A DNA stretch of 38,870 bases from Candidatus Woesearchaeota archaeon (GTDB lineage Archaea > Nanobdellota > Nanobdellia > Woesearchaeales > JAFCFN01): the NCBI GenBank assembly GCA_017609245.1, contig JAFCEI010000001.1, positions 1-38,870 of the forward strand. Reading direction: 5' to 3'. The notes beneath the pieces are model-generated. The model searched no databases and was not told the origin of the DNA. It saw only the letters and a program-made list of their open reading frames with translations. This document shows positions 1-8,389 of the stretch, in pieces (the first letter of the stretch is position 1; every line of letters begins with the position of its first letter). Made by a program: the position numbers and the translations under genes.

Positions 1-1039
1 AAGCTGGTCTTGTGACTGCTGCAAAAAACTCTGCATTGATCTCTTTTTTCATGCCTTTTTCCAGCTCTTCCTGACCAATCGGGCTTAAACAATCAGTAGG
101 GGGTGCAATAATCTTTGTATTCTTTACTCCCTGCATCAGCTTTTCAGCCATCTCTCTTGTTATTGATTTTGGTTTTGTATTTGGAAGAAGAGCAGAGTTT
201 TCACATATCTGTTTTGCTGTGCCAGCACCTATTCTTGAAAATTCTTTTGTCAGGAAACTCTGAAGTGTTCGTGCATCAGTATCATGAAGCATTCTCAGCA
301 TCATGCCCAGCTCAACACCATAAGGATGAGGCTTGATCTCTTTTGGATGCGGCGGAAGCTTGTCAGATGCTCTTGCAAACACAAACTGCTCTGCTTTTGG
401 AGATGAGTATACTAAAGTGACATGAGGATTTACCACGGCCGTCTGTTTCAGATATTGGTCAATGCTCTGATCCCCTTTTTGGTAAGAGCCTTCCAAATCT
501 ATCTCTATCTTTGTCCCGTGATCTTTTTTCCACTCGACTTCCTCTTCCTTGATTATACGCGGCTTGTTGTTTTTTGTATCGATCATCAGCTCATAATAAT
601 GCGCGGGCTGAGATGGTGATATCTTTGATGTGATCCTTGCAGGCTTGCCTGTTGTCAGCTGGGCATAAAGAACTGCTGCTGATATGCCGATTCCCTGCTG
701 ACCTCTTGACTGGGACAGCTTGTGAAATTTAGATCCATAAAGGAGCTTTGCAAATATCTTTGGAATCTGTGCCTTAACAATCCCTGGCCCATTATCTTCA
801 ATAACTATCTTAAAGCGGTCGTTCTGCATGTCAGTAACTTCTACGTTTATTTCTGGTAAAATTTCTGCTTCATCACATGCATCTAGGCTGTTATCAACTG
901 CTTCTTTGATTGATGTCAGCAGTGCTTTTCTTTTATTGTCAAATCCTAACAGATGCCTGTTCTTCTCAAAAAATTCTGCTATAGAAATATCTCTCTGTTT
1001 TTTAGCAAATTCATGCGCTTTTGTGTTTTTTTCGCTCAT
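1..1039 (-). CDS. top6B: DNA topoisomerase VI subunit B, N-terminal ~346 codons (3' part lies beyond the left window edge)
   Basis: Absent from the ORF track because it runs off the edge. My minus-strand translation from ATG (1037-1039) reads MSEKNTKAHEFAKKQRDISIAEFFEKNRHLLGFDNKRKALLTSIKEAVDNSLDACDEAEILPEI...IEDNGPGI...SRGQQGIGISAAVLY. These are the GHKL/Bergerat ATPase N-box, G1 and G2 boxes in the order typical of Top6B. The frame stays open to position 1. Confidence 0.85.
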   Translation of the reverse strand, partial: MSEKNTKAHEFAKKQRDISIAEFFEKNRHLLGFDNKRKALLTSIKEAVDNSLDACDEAEILPEINVEVTDMQNDRFKIVIEDNGPGIVKAQIPKIFAKLLYGSKFHKLSQSRGQQGIGISAAVLYAQLTTGKPARITSKISPSQPAHYYELMIDTKNNKPRIIKEEEVEWKKDHGTKIEIDLEGSYQKGDQSIDQYLKQTAVVNPHVTLVYSSPKAEQFVFARASDKLPPHPKEIKPHPYGVELGMMLRMLHDTDARTLQSFLTKEFSRIGAGTAKQICENSALLPNTKPKSITREMAEKLMQGVKNTKIIAPPTDCLSPIGQEELEKGMKKEINAEFFAAVTRPA

Positions 1040-1095
1040 GTTATATAAAAAGTGATAACTGCTTATATTTAAGCTTTAGGATTCACTCCTCTTTT

Positions 1096-1638
1096 TTATT
1101 TTTCTAATCTCTTTGCCTGCCTGAACATTGATTTTTTTCTTTCCAGCCAAGCATACACCTTGGAGTGCGGAGCTCCTTTAAGTAATTTTTCAATTGCTTT
1201 GGTTGCCAGAAATATGTCTTCTGCAAGGCCTATCACTGAAATTGTCTTTCCAAACACAGATACAAAACAATTGGTCAAGGATTCGAGCGTGTCTCTTCCT
1301 TTACCATGCCTTCCGATCACTCTCCCTCTCAACCTTATGAGATCAGCCTGGGTTTTTGAATAATCCATTATATTTATCATCTCAAACGCATAGTCTGTTT
1401 TCAACAGCAGGAGCGCTTTTTCTGGATTAAACCCTCTGCCAATTGCTTTGATAATGGTCTGGGCAGAATAAAGCTTTAGATTATCTGTACCTGTTATGAA
1501 AATGTCGCCTTCTTTACTGTCTATGGTTATTTTTGTATGGGTTTCCTGCTCTATTTTTCTCTTGATCTTGCCTTTTGTGCCTACAAGAACTGCAATCCTT
1601 TGCTTAGGAATCTTTAACTCATACATGAATTCTTCCAT
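1096..1638 (-). CDS. KH-domain RNA-binding protein (archaeal Dim2/Pno1-like)
   Basis: 180-aa ORF with two KH-like modules carrying GxxG loops (VGTKGKIKRKIE and VIGRHGKGRDTLE). Size and layout match the two-KH archaeal Dim2-type proteins. Confidence 0.7.
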   Translation of the reverse strand: MEEFMYELKIPKQRIAVLVGTKGKIKRKIEQETHTKITIDSKEGDIFITGTDNLKLYSAQTIIKAIGRGFNPEKALLLLKTDYAFEMINIMDYSKTQADLIRLRGRVIGRHGKGRDTLESLTNCFVSVFGKTISVIGLAEDIFLATKAIEKLLKGAPHSKVYAWLERKKSMFRQAKRLEK

Positions 1639-1759
1639 AATGTTGATGAGAGTATAGACTTATTTTTAAACTCTTTTATTAGTTAATATACATTTAGCTA
1701 TATTTTGAGTTATTTTCGTATATTTTTACAAAATCAATTAAATGCTGTGAATAGTAAGG

Positions 1760-1768
1760 TTTATATAT
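1760..1768 (+). promoter_or_regulatory. TATA-box-like element upstream of the candidate hairpin RNA
   Basis: TTTATATAT lies about 30 nt upstream of the first base of the 10-bp closing stem at 1797. No protein ORF follows it. Confidence 0.3.
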
Positions 1769-1796
1769 TTCAGTGCGTTCTGATATATTAATTTAG

Positions 1797-1872
1797 CTCG
1801 CTACATCGAGAGAACTCAATGGAGCATATGGCATTGCCAAGCAATGAGCTTGGGAGTTAATGTGGCGAGACA
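1797..1872 (+). ncRNA. Candidate small structured RNA (long irregular hairpin followed by ACA)
   Basis: CTCGCTACAT (1797-1806) pairs with ATGTGGCGAG (1860-1869): 10 bp including one G-U. Inner pairs are AACTC/GAGTT and a perfect CATTGC-CAA-GCAATG hairpin. ACA follows the closing stem directly (1870-1872). Folded by hand only. Confidence 0.3.
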
Positions 1873-1898
1873 AATTATTATCATAAAAAATCAAACAA

Positions 1899-2003
1899 AA
1901 TAGAATAAGTTATTATTTTTCATTTTCAATCAAAAATTGGGCAAGCTTGGGAAAGGTTTGTCAAGTATGAGTATCAAAGCAAGTAGATATAACTTATTCT
2001 ATT
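1899..2003. repeat. Perfect 15-bp inverted repeat flanking a 75-nt spacer
   Basis: AATAGAATAAGTTAT (1899-1913) is the exact reverse complement of ATAACTTATTCTATT (1989-2003). The spacer contains the palindrome CAAGCTTG. Confidence 0.8.
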
Positions 2004-2104
2004 AAGATTGGGGGAGTATCATGATCATAATTTTACTAAATTCACCAACAAATTTGGGATATTGGTAAATATATAGATAAGATACTCTTTCTGAAGGAGG
2101 AAAA

Positions 2105-3349
2105 ATGGGAAAAATAGGACTAGTTTCAGTCAAGTATATTGTTCACGCCCAAATTGAGGCAGATGGTGTAATTGACAAACCAGATGTGATTGGTGCCATA
2201 TTTGGGCAAACAGAAGGCTTGCTGGGAACTGACTTAGAATTAAGAGAATTACAAAGATCAGGAAGAATAGGCAGGATTGAGGTAAATGTAGAAACAAGGG
2301 GGGGCAAAACCCGCGGAGAGATCATAATTCCGTCCAGCCTAGATAAGGCAGAAACAAGCATTATTGGAGCTGCTCTGGAAATAATCCAAAGAATCGGGCC
2401 ATGCAACTCCAAAATAAAAGTTATCAATATAGAAGACATAAGAGTCAGCAAAAGGAATTTTGTTGTAGATAGAGCCAAGCAGCTGCTTAAGCATATGATG
2501 GATACAGTTGTTCCTGATTCTCAGGAATTGAGCGATGAAGTTGCTTATTCTGTAAGAGTCATGGAAATAAGAGAATATGGCAAAGACAGATTGGCTGCAG
2601 GGCCTAATATTGATGATAATGATGAAATTATAGTGACTGAGGGAAGAGCAGATGTTCTTAACCTGTTAAAGCACGGAATAAAAAATGCCATTGCATTGAA
2701 TGGAACTTCTGTGCCGCAGACAATAATTGACTTGTGCAAAAAAAAAATAGTTACGGCTTTTGTTGATGGAGACAGGGGCGGAGATTTGATAATAAGAGAA
2801 TTGACAAAGGTTGCTGAGATCGATTATGTATCAAGAGCTCCTGACGGCAAAGAAGTTGAAGAGATAACTAAAAAAGAGATACATAAGGCATTAAGAGGAA
2901 GGACAGCGATTGAGCAGGCAAAGCTGGATCTGGAAAGAAATGGCCATCATATAGAGCGCAGTAAAGACTACAGATCAAGAAGTCATAGCCATAACAGGGC
3001 TGCACAAACAAGGTCTGCACAAAGACCTCCTATTCTCGTTAAAACAACCAAGCCAACTGAACAGGAAAAAAAGATGTTCAAGCAACTGCTTGATGATCTT
3101 ATAGGGACAAGAGGGGCTTATCTGCTTGACGAGAAGTTAAGCATATTAGGCAAGGTTCCAATAACTGAACTTATGGCAACAATGAAAAGCCTAAATTCAG
3201 GGATATATGCTGTCATCTTTGATGGCGTGGTTGAAAGAGATATTGCGCAGGCAGCAGAAAGAAGCAATGTCAAGCATTTAGTTGCGATGGATACAAAAGT
3301 AAGGGCAGCAGATGCAAAACTGAGCATTCTTACATCAAAAGATTTCTGA
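2105..3349 (+). CDS. dnaG: Archaeal DnaG (TOPRIM primase-like, exosome-associated type)
   Basis: The N-terminus KYIVHAQIEADGVIDKPDVIGAIFGQTEGLLGTDLELRELQRSGRIGRIEV is the conserved archaeal DnaG signature. TOPRIM region: IIVTEGRADVLNL...FVDGDRGGDLI. GGAGG sits 5 nt upstream of the ATG. Confidence 0.9.
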   Translation: MGKIGLVSVKYIVHAQIEADGVIDKPDVIGAIFGQTEGLLGTDLELRELQRSGRIGRIEVNVETRGGKTRGEIIIPSSLDKAETSIIGAALEIIQRIGPCNSKIKVINIEDIRVSKRNFVVDRAKQLLKHMMDTVVPDSQELSDEVAYSVRVMEIREYGKDRLAAGPNIDDNDEIIVTEGRADVLNLLKHGIKNAIALNGTSVPQTIIDLCKKKIVTAFVDGDRGGDLIIRELTKVAEIDYVSRAPDGKEVEEITKKEIHKALRGRTAIEQAKLDLERNGHHIERSKDYRSRSHSHNRAAQTRSAQRPPILVKTTKPTEQEKKMFKQLLDDLIGTRGAYLLDEKLSILGKVPITELMATMKSLNSGIYAVIFDGVVERDIAQAAERSNVKHLVAMDTKVRAADAKLSILTSKDF

Positions 3350-3425
3350 TCTTATTTTTTCTTTTTTTAATTTTATATTGCACCAATTCTTATAAAAATT
3401 AGCAGAAAAATAATATAAAATAGTT

Positions 3426-4409
3426 TTAAGAACAAGATCCTGTAGCTTGAGATGCTGTGTCTGCAAGAGATTCGCTGCATTCTGAAGGCACATCCTTAAA
3501 ACCGCAACATATTGATGTTTTCATGTCTTCTGCAGCTCTTCCGCCAGTGTATTTTTCCTCATTTAGTATCAGTGTTGGCGAGCCTGTTGCACCATATTTG
3601 GCATCAAGCGTCCTCTCTGCTGTCATAAGGCTGATGCCTTCTTCATCCAAACATGTATTTATCTTATCTTTATCTATTGAGTATTCATCTGCACATGTTT
3701 CCCAGCACTCTCCAACATTTGACAGTTGGCACGAATTCATAATGCACAATGTATAATCCCAGAATTTATTTTTATCATATTTATAGACGCATGCTTCCCT
3801 GATGTTTTCATTCAGTTCAGCTATACCATGCATCGAGCACAGTTTGCCATCACCAATACAGTAATCATCCCCTCCGCCCCGATAGTTTTCATATATTACA
3901 AAATGAGGCTCTATCTCTACTTTATTTCCAAATAATTCAGCGACCTGTGCCACTGATTTGAATGCCTGCTGACCATATGGGCAGTAAGACATGTAGAATA
4001 ATTTAAAATTAGGCTTGTCAAGCTTTGCCACGCCTTCGCAAGCAAGGCTTTTTGATAAAGAGCATAAATCTTTATCAGATGTTGTTGAACAAAGATCTTT
4101 TGCTAAAGATGATTTTGTTGATGCATCCATCATTGAAACTTTGTTTTCTTCAGGGAACAAAACTAAAGGAGCTCTGACAAAATCTGCTTCATAAGCTAGA
4201 ACAGACATACCAAGATCTTTTGTCAAATCTTCTACCATCTCTGCGTTGCAGTTCTGGCAGTTTAACGGCATGAGATACACTATGCTCTCTCCATCTGCTG
4301 AAGCACCTCCTGTGATAACTATCTTTTCATTAGATATCGTTGAGAAAATCAACAACACTGCAAGAACTATTGCAAGTGTGCCATAGAGTGTTGTTTTTTT
4401 AATTCTCAT
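3426..4409 (-). CDS. Secreted or membrane-anchored Cys-rich thioredoxin-fold (DsbA-like) protein
   Basis: N-terminal hydrophobic anchor (TLYGTLAIVLAVLLIF). Contains a CQNC motif, then FYMSYCPYGQQAF, and a DsbA-like C-terminal GATGSPTLILNEEKYTGG. Many additional cysteines. Confidence 0.55.
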   Translation of the reverse strand: MRIKKTTLYGTLAIVLAVLLIFSTISNEKIVITGGASADGESIVYLMPLNCQNCNAEMVEDLTKDLGMSVLAYEADFVRAPLVLFPEENKVSMMDASTKSSLAKDLCSTTSDKDLCSLSKSLACEGVAKLDKPNFKLFYMSYCPYGQQAFKSVAQVAELFGNKVEIEPHFVIYENYRGGGDDYCIGDGKLCSMHGIAELNENIREACVYKYDKNKFWDYTLCIMNSCQLSNVGECWETCADEYSIDKDKINTCLDEEGISLMTAERTLDAKYGATGSPTLILNEEKYTGGRAAEDMKTSICCGFKDVPSECSESLADTASQATGSCS

Positions 4410-4424
4410 CTTTGCTCGAATTAT

Positions 4425-5345
4425 TTAACAATTATCAGCAAATGCCTTTAGAGTTGATTTGGACATTTCACCTGTCTTTTCAGCTCCTGTTGAAGGACAT
4501 ATAAATTGAGGAACATAACCTGACATTACCTCTGATAAGCAGGCATCAACAATTATTTGTGCTTCCTGATCAGATGATTCTGCCCAATAAAATATATAAC
4601 CCTCGTCCTCTAACTCTTTAACAATCGGCATCATTGCCTTGCAATGAGGGCAGTAGTTAGAGTGTATGAACACTACTGTGCTTGATGATATGTTGTAATC
4701 TGACAGACAGTCTGTGATAGCATTTGAAGTTGTTTCAGTCATCTCAAGATTTGTCAATGTTTCTTCTTCTGATTCGCTTTCCATAAGTATTTTTATATCT
4801 GAATTAGATTTTAGCTGGCTTAAATAAAGCTGTGTTGCCTGGCTTAGGGTTTCCTGGTCAGATGTATTTGTTTCAGAGAGTATTGTCTGGTTAAGCAGTT
4901 TAGTTATTGTCATTTGCTCTTTGTAGTATCCAACCATCTCTCCCATTGTAATGTCCTGGTCTTTTAGCCTTTGGTTGAATTCTTCTTCTGTCATTCCACT
5001 CTGGTCAATTGCCTTGCTGATCAGAATATTGACTTCTTCATCTGTCACAGCTATGTCATGTTTGGCTGCTTCTTGGAGCAATACTTTTTCATTAATCAAT
5101 TGGTCTAAAACTTGATCTTTTGTAACAAGCATCTTTAATTGCTCAGGAATCCTATCATAATATTCGTCAACCTGCTTTAGCGTTATTTTATCCCCGTTCA
5201 CTATTGCTGCTGCAGATGGTGAAGAAAATGCTTGAATAAGAATTACTGCTAAAATAATTATAGCAACTCCTGATATTATTGGCATAAAATTTTTGATGTC
5301 TTTTTTACCTCTTCTTTTTTTAGATCTAGTTTTTTTGTTTGCCAT
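4425..5345 (-). CDS. Membrane-anchored SurA-N-like chaperone domain fused to a CPHC thioredoxin-like domain
   Basis: I moved the start to ATG 5343-5345 (MANKKTRSKK...), which lies behind a GGGGG SD; the track ORF begins at 5369. One TM segment. The SurA_N-like stretch is IVNGDKITLKQVDEYYDRIPE...LDQLINEKVLLQEAAKHDIAVTDEEVN. The C-terminal part reads VVFIHSNYCPHCKAMMPIVKELE. Confidence 0.55.
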   Translation of the reverse strand: MANKKTRSKKRRGKKDIKNFMPIISGVAIIILAVILIQAFSSPSAAAIVNGDKITLKQVDEYYDRIPEQLKMLVTKDQVLDQLINEKVLLQEAAKHDIAVTDEEVNILISKAIDQSGMTEEEFNQRLKDQDITMGEMVGYYKEQMTITKLLNQTILSETNTSDQETLSQATQLYLSQLKSNSDIKILMESESEEETLTNLEMTETTSNAITDCLSDYNISSSTVVFIHSNYCPHCKAMMPIVKELEDEGYIFYWAESSDQEAQIIVDACLSEVMSGYVPQFICPSTGAEKTGEMSKSTLKAFADNC

Positions 5346-5454
5346 ACTATTGCCCCCTGTTTTAAACAAATATTCAGGTGTTATAAAAAGCTTTCGATTT
5401 TTTAGCTACTTGAGAGGAGATAGAAAAAGTTTAATAAACAACAGATGTTTTTAG

Positions 5455-6771
5455 ATGAATATGGTCTACAATATAGTAATAGGAAGGACAAAAGAGGAAA
5501 AAGAAAAGCTGGGAACCAATGCAAGTGTTTTTATCGGTAAGCAGTATGTCAAGATGGGCCAGATTTCTAGCTTAGCTAATCCCATTTATCTTGATGTTAA
5601 TAGGTCTCATGTTGTGTTTGTATGTGGCAAAAGGGGCGGAGGGAAAAGCTATACCTTAGGAGCTATAGCAGAAGGCATGGCTAATCTTCCTAAGGATATA
5701 AAAGATAATCTTTCTGTTGTTATGCTTGACACGATGGGTATTTTCTGGACAATGAAATATGAAAACAAAGCTGACAAGGAATTGCTTGATAATTGGGAAT
5801 TAAAAGCTAAAGGTCTTGATGTTAAGATATTCACTCCTGTCGGTTATTATGATGAGTACAAAGAAAAAGGCATACCTACTGATTATGCTTTTGCTATAAA
5901 GCCTAGTGAACTTGATGCCGATAATTGGTGCGCCAGCTTTGGCATAGACCGAGATAGTGAAGCTGGTGTGCTTATTGCAAGGATAGTGAATAATCTGAGA
6001 AAAAATAAAAAAAATTATTCTATATCAGATATGATAAAGTCTGCAGGCGATGATGAAAAGGCAGAGCCTAATATTAAAAATGTTGTTGGAGCAAGATTTA
6101 TTGAAGCTGAGAACTGGGGATTGTTTTCTGTAAAAGGAACTAAGCTTGCAGATGTTGTCAAGCCTGGGCAGGTCTCTATCCTGGATGTGAGCTGTTATGC
6201 AACTATTCCTGGGAGCTGGGGTGTAAGAGCATTGGTTATCGCCCTAATTGCTGAAAAATTGTTCATAGAAAGGATGATTGCGCGTAAGACAGAGGAGTTC
6301 AGAGAGATCAGAGGTGCTGAGATATTTGGGGAAAAAGCAACAAAAAAGGAGATGCCGTTGGTCTGGCTTGTAGTTGACGAGGCTCATGAACTTCTGCCTA
6401 AAGAAGGCTCTACTGTTGCGACAAGGCCTCTGATCACTATATTGAGGGAAGGAAGACAGCCCGGAATCTCGTTATTGCTGGCTTCACAGCAGCCTGGAAA
6501 AATTCATACAGATGTCATGACTCAGGCTGATGTTGTAATCAGCCACAGGTTAACTGCCAAACTGGATGTTGATGCTCTTGGATTATTGATGCAAAGCTAT
6601 ATGAGGCAGGGATTGGACAAGGAACTAAACATGCTGCCTTCTGTCAAAGGAGCTGCGATTATTTTTGATGATGTAAATGAAAGGATATATCCTATGCAGG
6701 TAAGACCAAGATTTACATGGCATGGCGGCGGGGCACCTATAGCTTACAGGCCAAAGAAAGAACTGTTCTAA
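5455..6771 (+). CDS. HerA/DUF87-type P-loop ATPase
   Basis: Walker A is VCGKRGGGKSYTLG and Walker B is LVWLVVDEAHELL, followed by ASQQPGKI and ISHRL. This layout is typical of COG0433-like archaeal ATPases. Confidence 0.7.
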   Translation: MNMVYNIVIGRTKEEKEKLGTNASVFIGKQYVKMGQISSLANPIYLDVNRSHVVFVCGKRGGGKSYTLGAIAEGMANLPKDIKDNLSVVMLDTMGIFWTMKYENKADKELLDNWELKAKGLDVKIFTPVGYYDEYKEKGIPTDYAFAIKPSELDADNWCASFGIDRDSEAGVLIARIVNNLRKNKKNYSISDMIKSAGDDEKAEPNIKNVVGARFIEAENWGLFSVKGTKLADVVKPGQVSILDVSCYATIPGSWGVRALVIALIAEKLFIERMIARKTEEFREIRGAEIFGEKATKKEMPLVWLVVDEAHELLPKEGSTVATRPLITILREGRQPGISLLLASQQPGKIHTDVMTQADVVISHRLTAKLDVDALGLLMQSYMRQGLDKELNMLPSVKGAAIIFDDVNERIYPMQVRPRFTWHGGGAPIAYRPKKELF

Positions 6772-7154
6772 AGTATCTCGCAAACAAGTTTTTTTTGAGT
6801 ATTAATATTCTTAATGTAGGATTCTAGTATGGTTTTGGCTTTTTTGTGGTCTGCTTGTCCATTGTCTTGACTTTTCTTATTCAGAGCTAAAAATATCTCT
6901 TCTTTATCTATCGCACCAGTAATAAATCCTCCCCCGCATGTTTCAAATGATTCTCCATTGCACTCTTTTGAAAATTTATTGACTATATCTTCATGGTTGC
7001 AGTAAGCTGTAGCAAGTCTTATGTAATCAGAATTGTCTTTTGAAAACATCATATATTTAGTCTCTATCTCCTGATCATCGCTTTTTAACATCTCAACTAA
7101 GTTGATAGGTGTTTCGCGCAAAACATATGATTTTATCTTTGGAATATTGTTCAT
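6768..7154 (-). CDS. Hypothetical protein (128 aa)
   Basis: ORF only, with a GTTTATAAA box (7184-7192, minus sense) upstream. No motif recognised. Its 3' end overlaps the HerA-like gene convergently by 4 nt. Confidence 0.4.
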   Translation of the reverse strand: MNNIPKIKSYVLRETPINLVEMLKSDDQEIETKYMMFSKDNSDYIRLATAYCNHEDIVNKFSKECNGESFETCGGGFITGAIDKEEIFLALNKKSQDNGQADHKKAKTILESYIKNINTQKKLVCEIL

Positions 7155-7233
7155 TTTAAGTAAGATATGATGATTGTTTATTATTTATAAACTTTTCTAT
7201 TTATCACTACTGTTAAGACGTGACAATTTAGAA

Positions 7234-8325
7234 CTAATTCCTGAATTTGATAAATTTTAACTTATTGACGTTCTTTTTTGCTTTTGCAAGCTTTCTCTCA
7301 AATTCTGCCAGGAATTCTACCATGCGCTGGCAGGTCTTTTCCTTGTGCTCCCCGCACATTAGCTTTCCGCATTTGCAGTCTTTATATATCTGATCTAATT
7401 CCTTATCGTCGTGGAGAAGGTGCTGCTTTTCAAGTTCAAATATGATGCATTTTTCTGGCTCTCCTCCTTTTTTCTTCTGCTCTTCGACAGTCTCTCTTCC
7501 GCCTGTCTTTGCTTTTTTCAGCTTTTTGATCACTTTTTCAGGATCTTCTGGCAGTTCTATGCATGATTCTGGCTTTGATTTTGACATCTTTAATGAGCCG
7601 TCCAAAGATGGCGTGAACTTATGGTATATTGCTGATGGTAGGAAGAACTTCTCTGATTTCATCCTTTGTACAATATCTCTTGTTAATCTTATATGCGGAT
7701 CCTGGTCAATTCCTACTGGAATTACACCTGGCATCCTCTCGTGGAACTGCGGATAAAGAATATCTGCTACCTGAACCATTGTTGACATTATCTTTCCCGG
7801 GTCTGCTGAGCCATAGATTGCCTTAAACTCATTGTATGTTATCTTTTTAGCAAACTCGTATGCTTTGTTCATCACTTCTTTGTTGTCTGACTGAAAATAA
7901 AAAAATGTTTTTTTAAGGTCTAGTCCTAATGCAATATAAGCTGGGATATGAAAATCCATGGCTCTTTTTCTTGCTTCTTCTAATGATATCCCTCTTGCTG
8001 CAGCTGCTTCCAGGTCTGCTACTAAAATGTATGTCTTTGCTCCCTGTTCCTGGAAGTATTCCAGATTTTCAACAACCATCTTTGTTCCAAAATGAATCTT
8101 TTCTGCTGAGGGAACTATTCCCGATAATGCATAGAATGGCTTTTTCTTCAGAATTGCATGACCAATCTGCCCCTGATCTCTTGCTGCAAAAACTACTTGT
8201 CTTCGCATTAGGCTGTTTGGCTCTGGGAAAAGTTTAGGGTTAAAATTATCCAGGCCAAACTGGTCTATTACTTTTTCATAATCTTTTACCAATACAGATC
8301 CCCATGGATCAATCATGTTTTTCAT
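7234..8325 (-). CDS. trpS: Tryptophanyl-tRNA synthetase (archaeal/eukaryal type)
   Basis: Begins DPWGS..DYEKVIDQFG and contains VGIDQDPHIRLTRD and KMSKS. The HIGH region reads PSAEKIHFGT, so the last His is replaced. There is a Cys-rich C-terminal part (CKCGKLMCGEHKEKTC). Confidence 0.75.
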   Translation of the reverse strand: MKNMIDPWGSVLVKDYEKVIDQFGLDNFNPKLFPEPNSLMRRQVVFAARDQGQIGHAILKKKPFYALSGIVPSAEKIHFGTKMVVENLEYFQEQGAKTYILVADLEAAAARGISLEEARKRAMDFHIPAYIALGLDLKKTFFYFQSDNKEVMNKAYEFAKKITYNEFKAIYGSADPGKIMSTMVQVADILYPQFHERMPGVIPVGIDQDPHIRLTRDIVQRMKSEKFFLPSAIYHKFTPSLDGSLKMSKSKPESCIELPEDPEKVIKKLKKAKTGGRETVEEQKKKGGEPEKCIIFELEKQHLLHDDKELDQIYKDCKCGKLMCGEHKEKTCQRMVEFLAEFERKLAKAKKNVNKLKFIKFRN

Positions 8326-8389
8326 TTTGATTATAGTTTAGTTTTATTGTTTAAAAAGCTTTTTATATGCAGAGTTTATTTATAATGTT

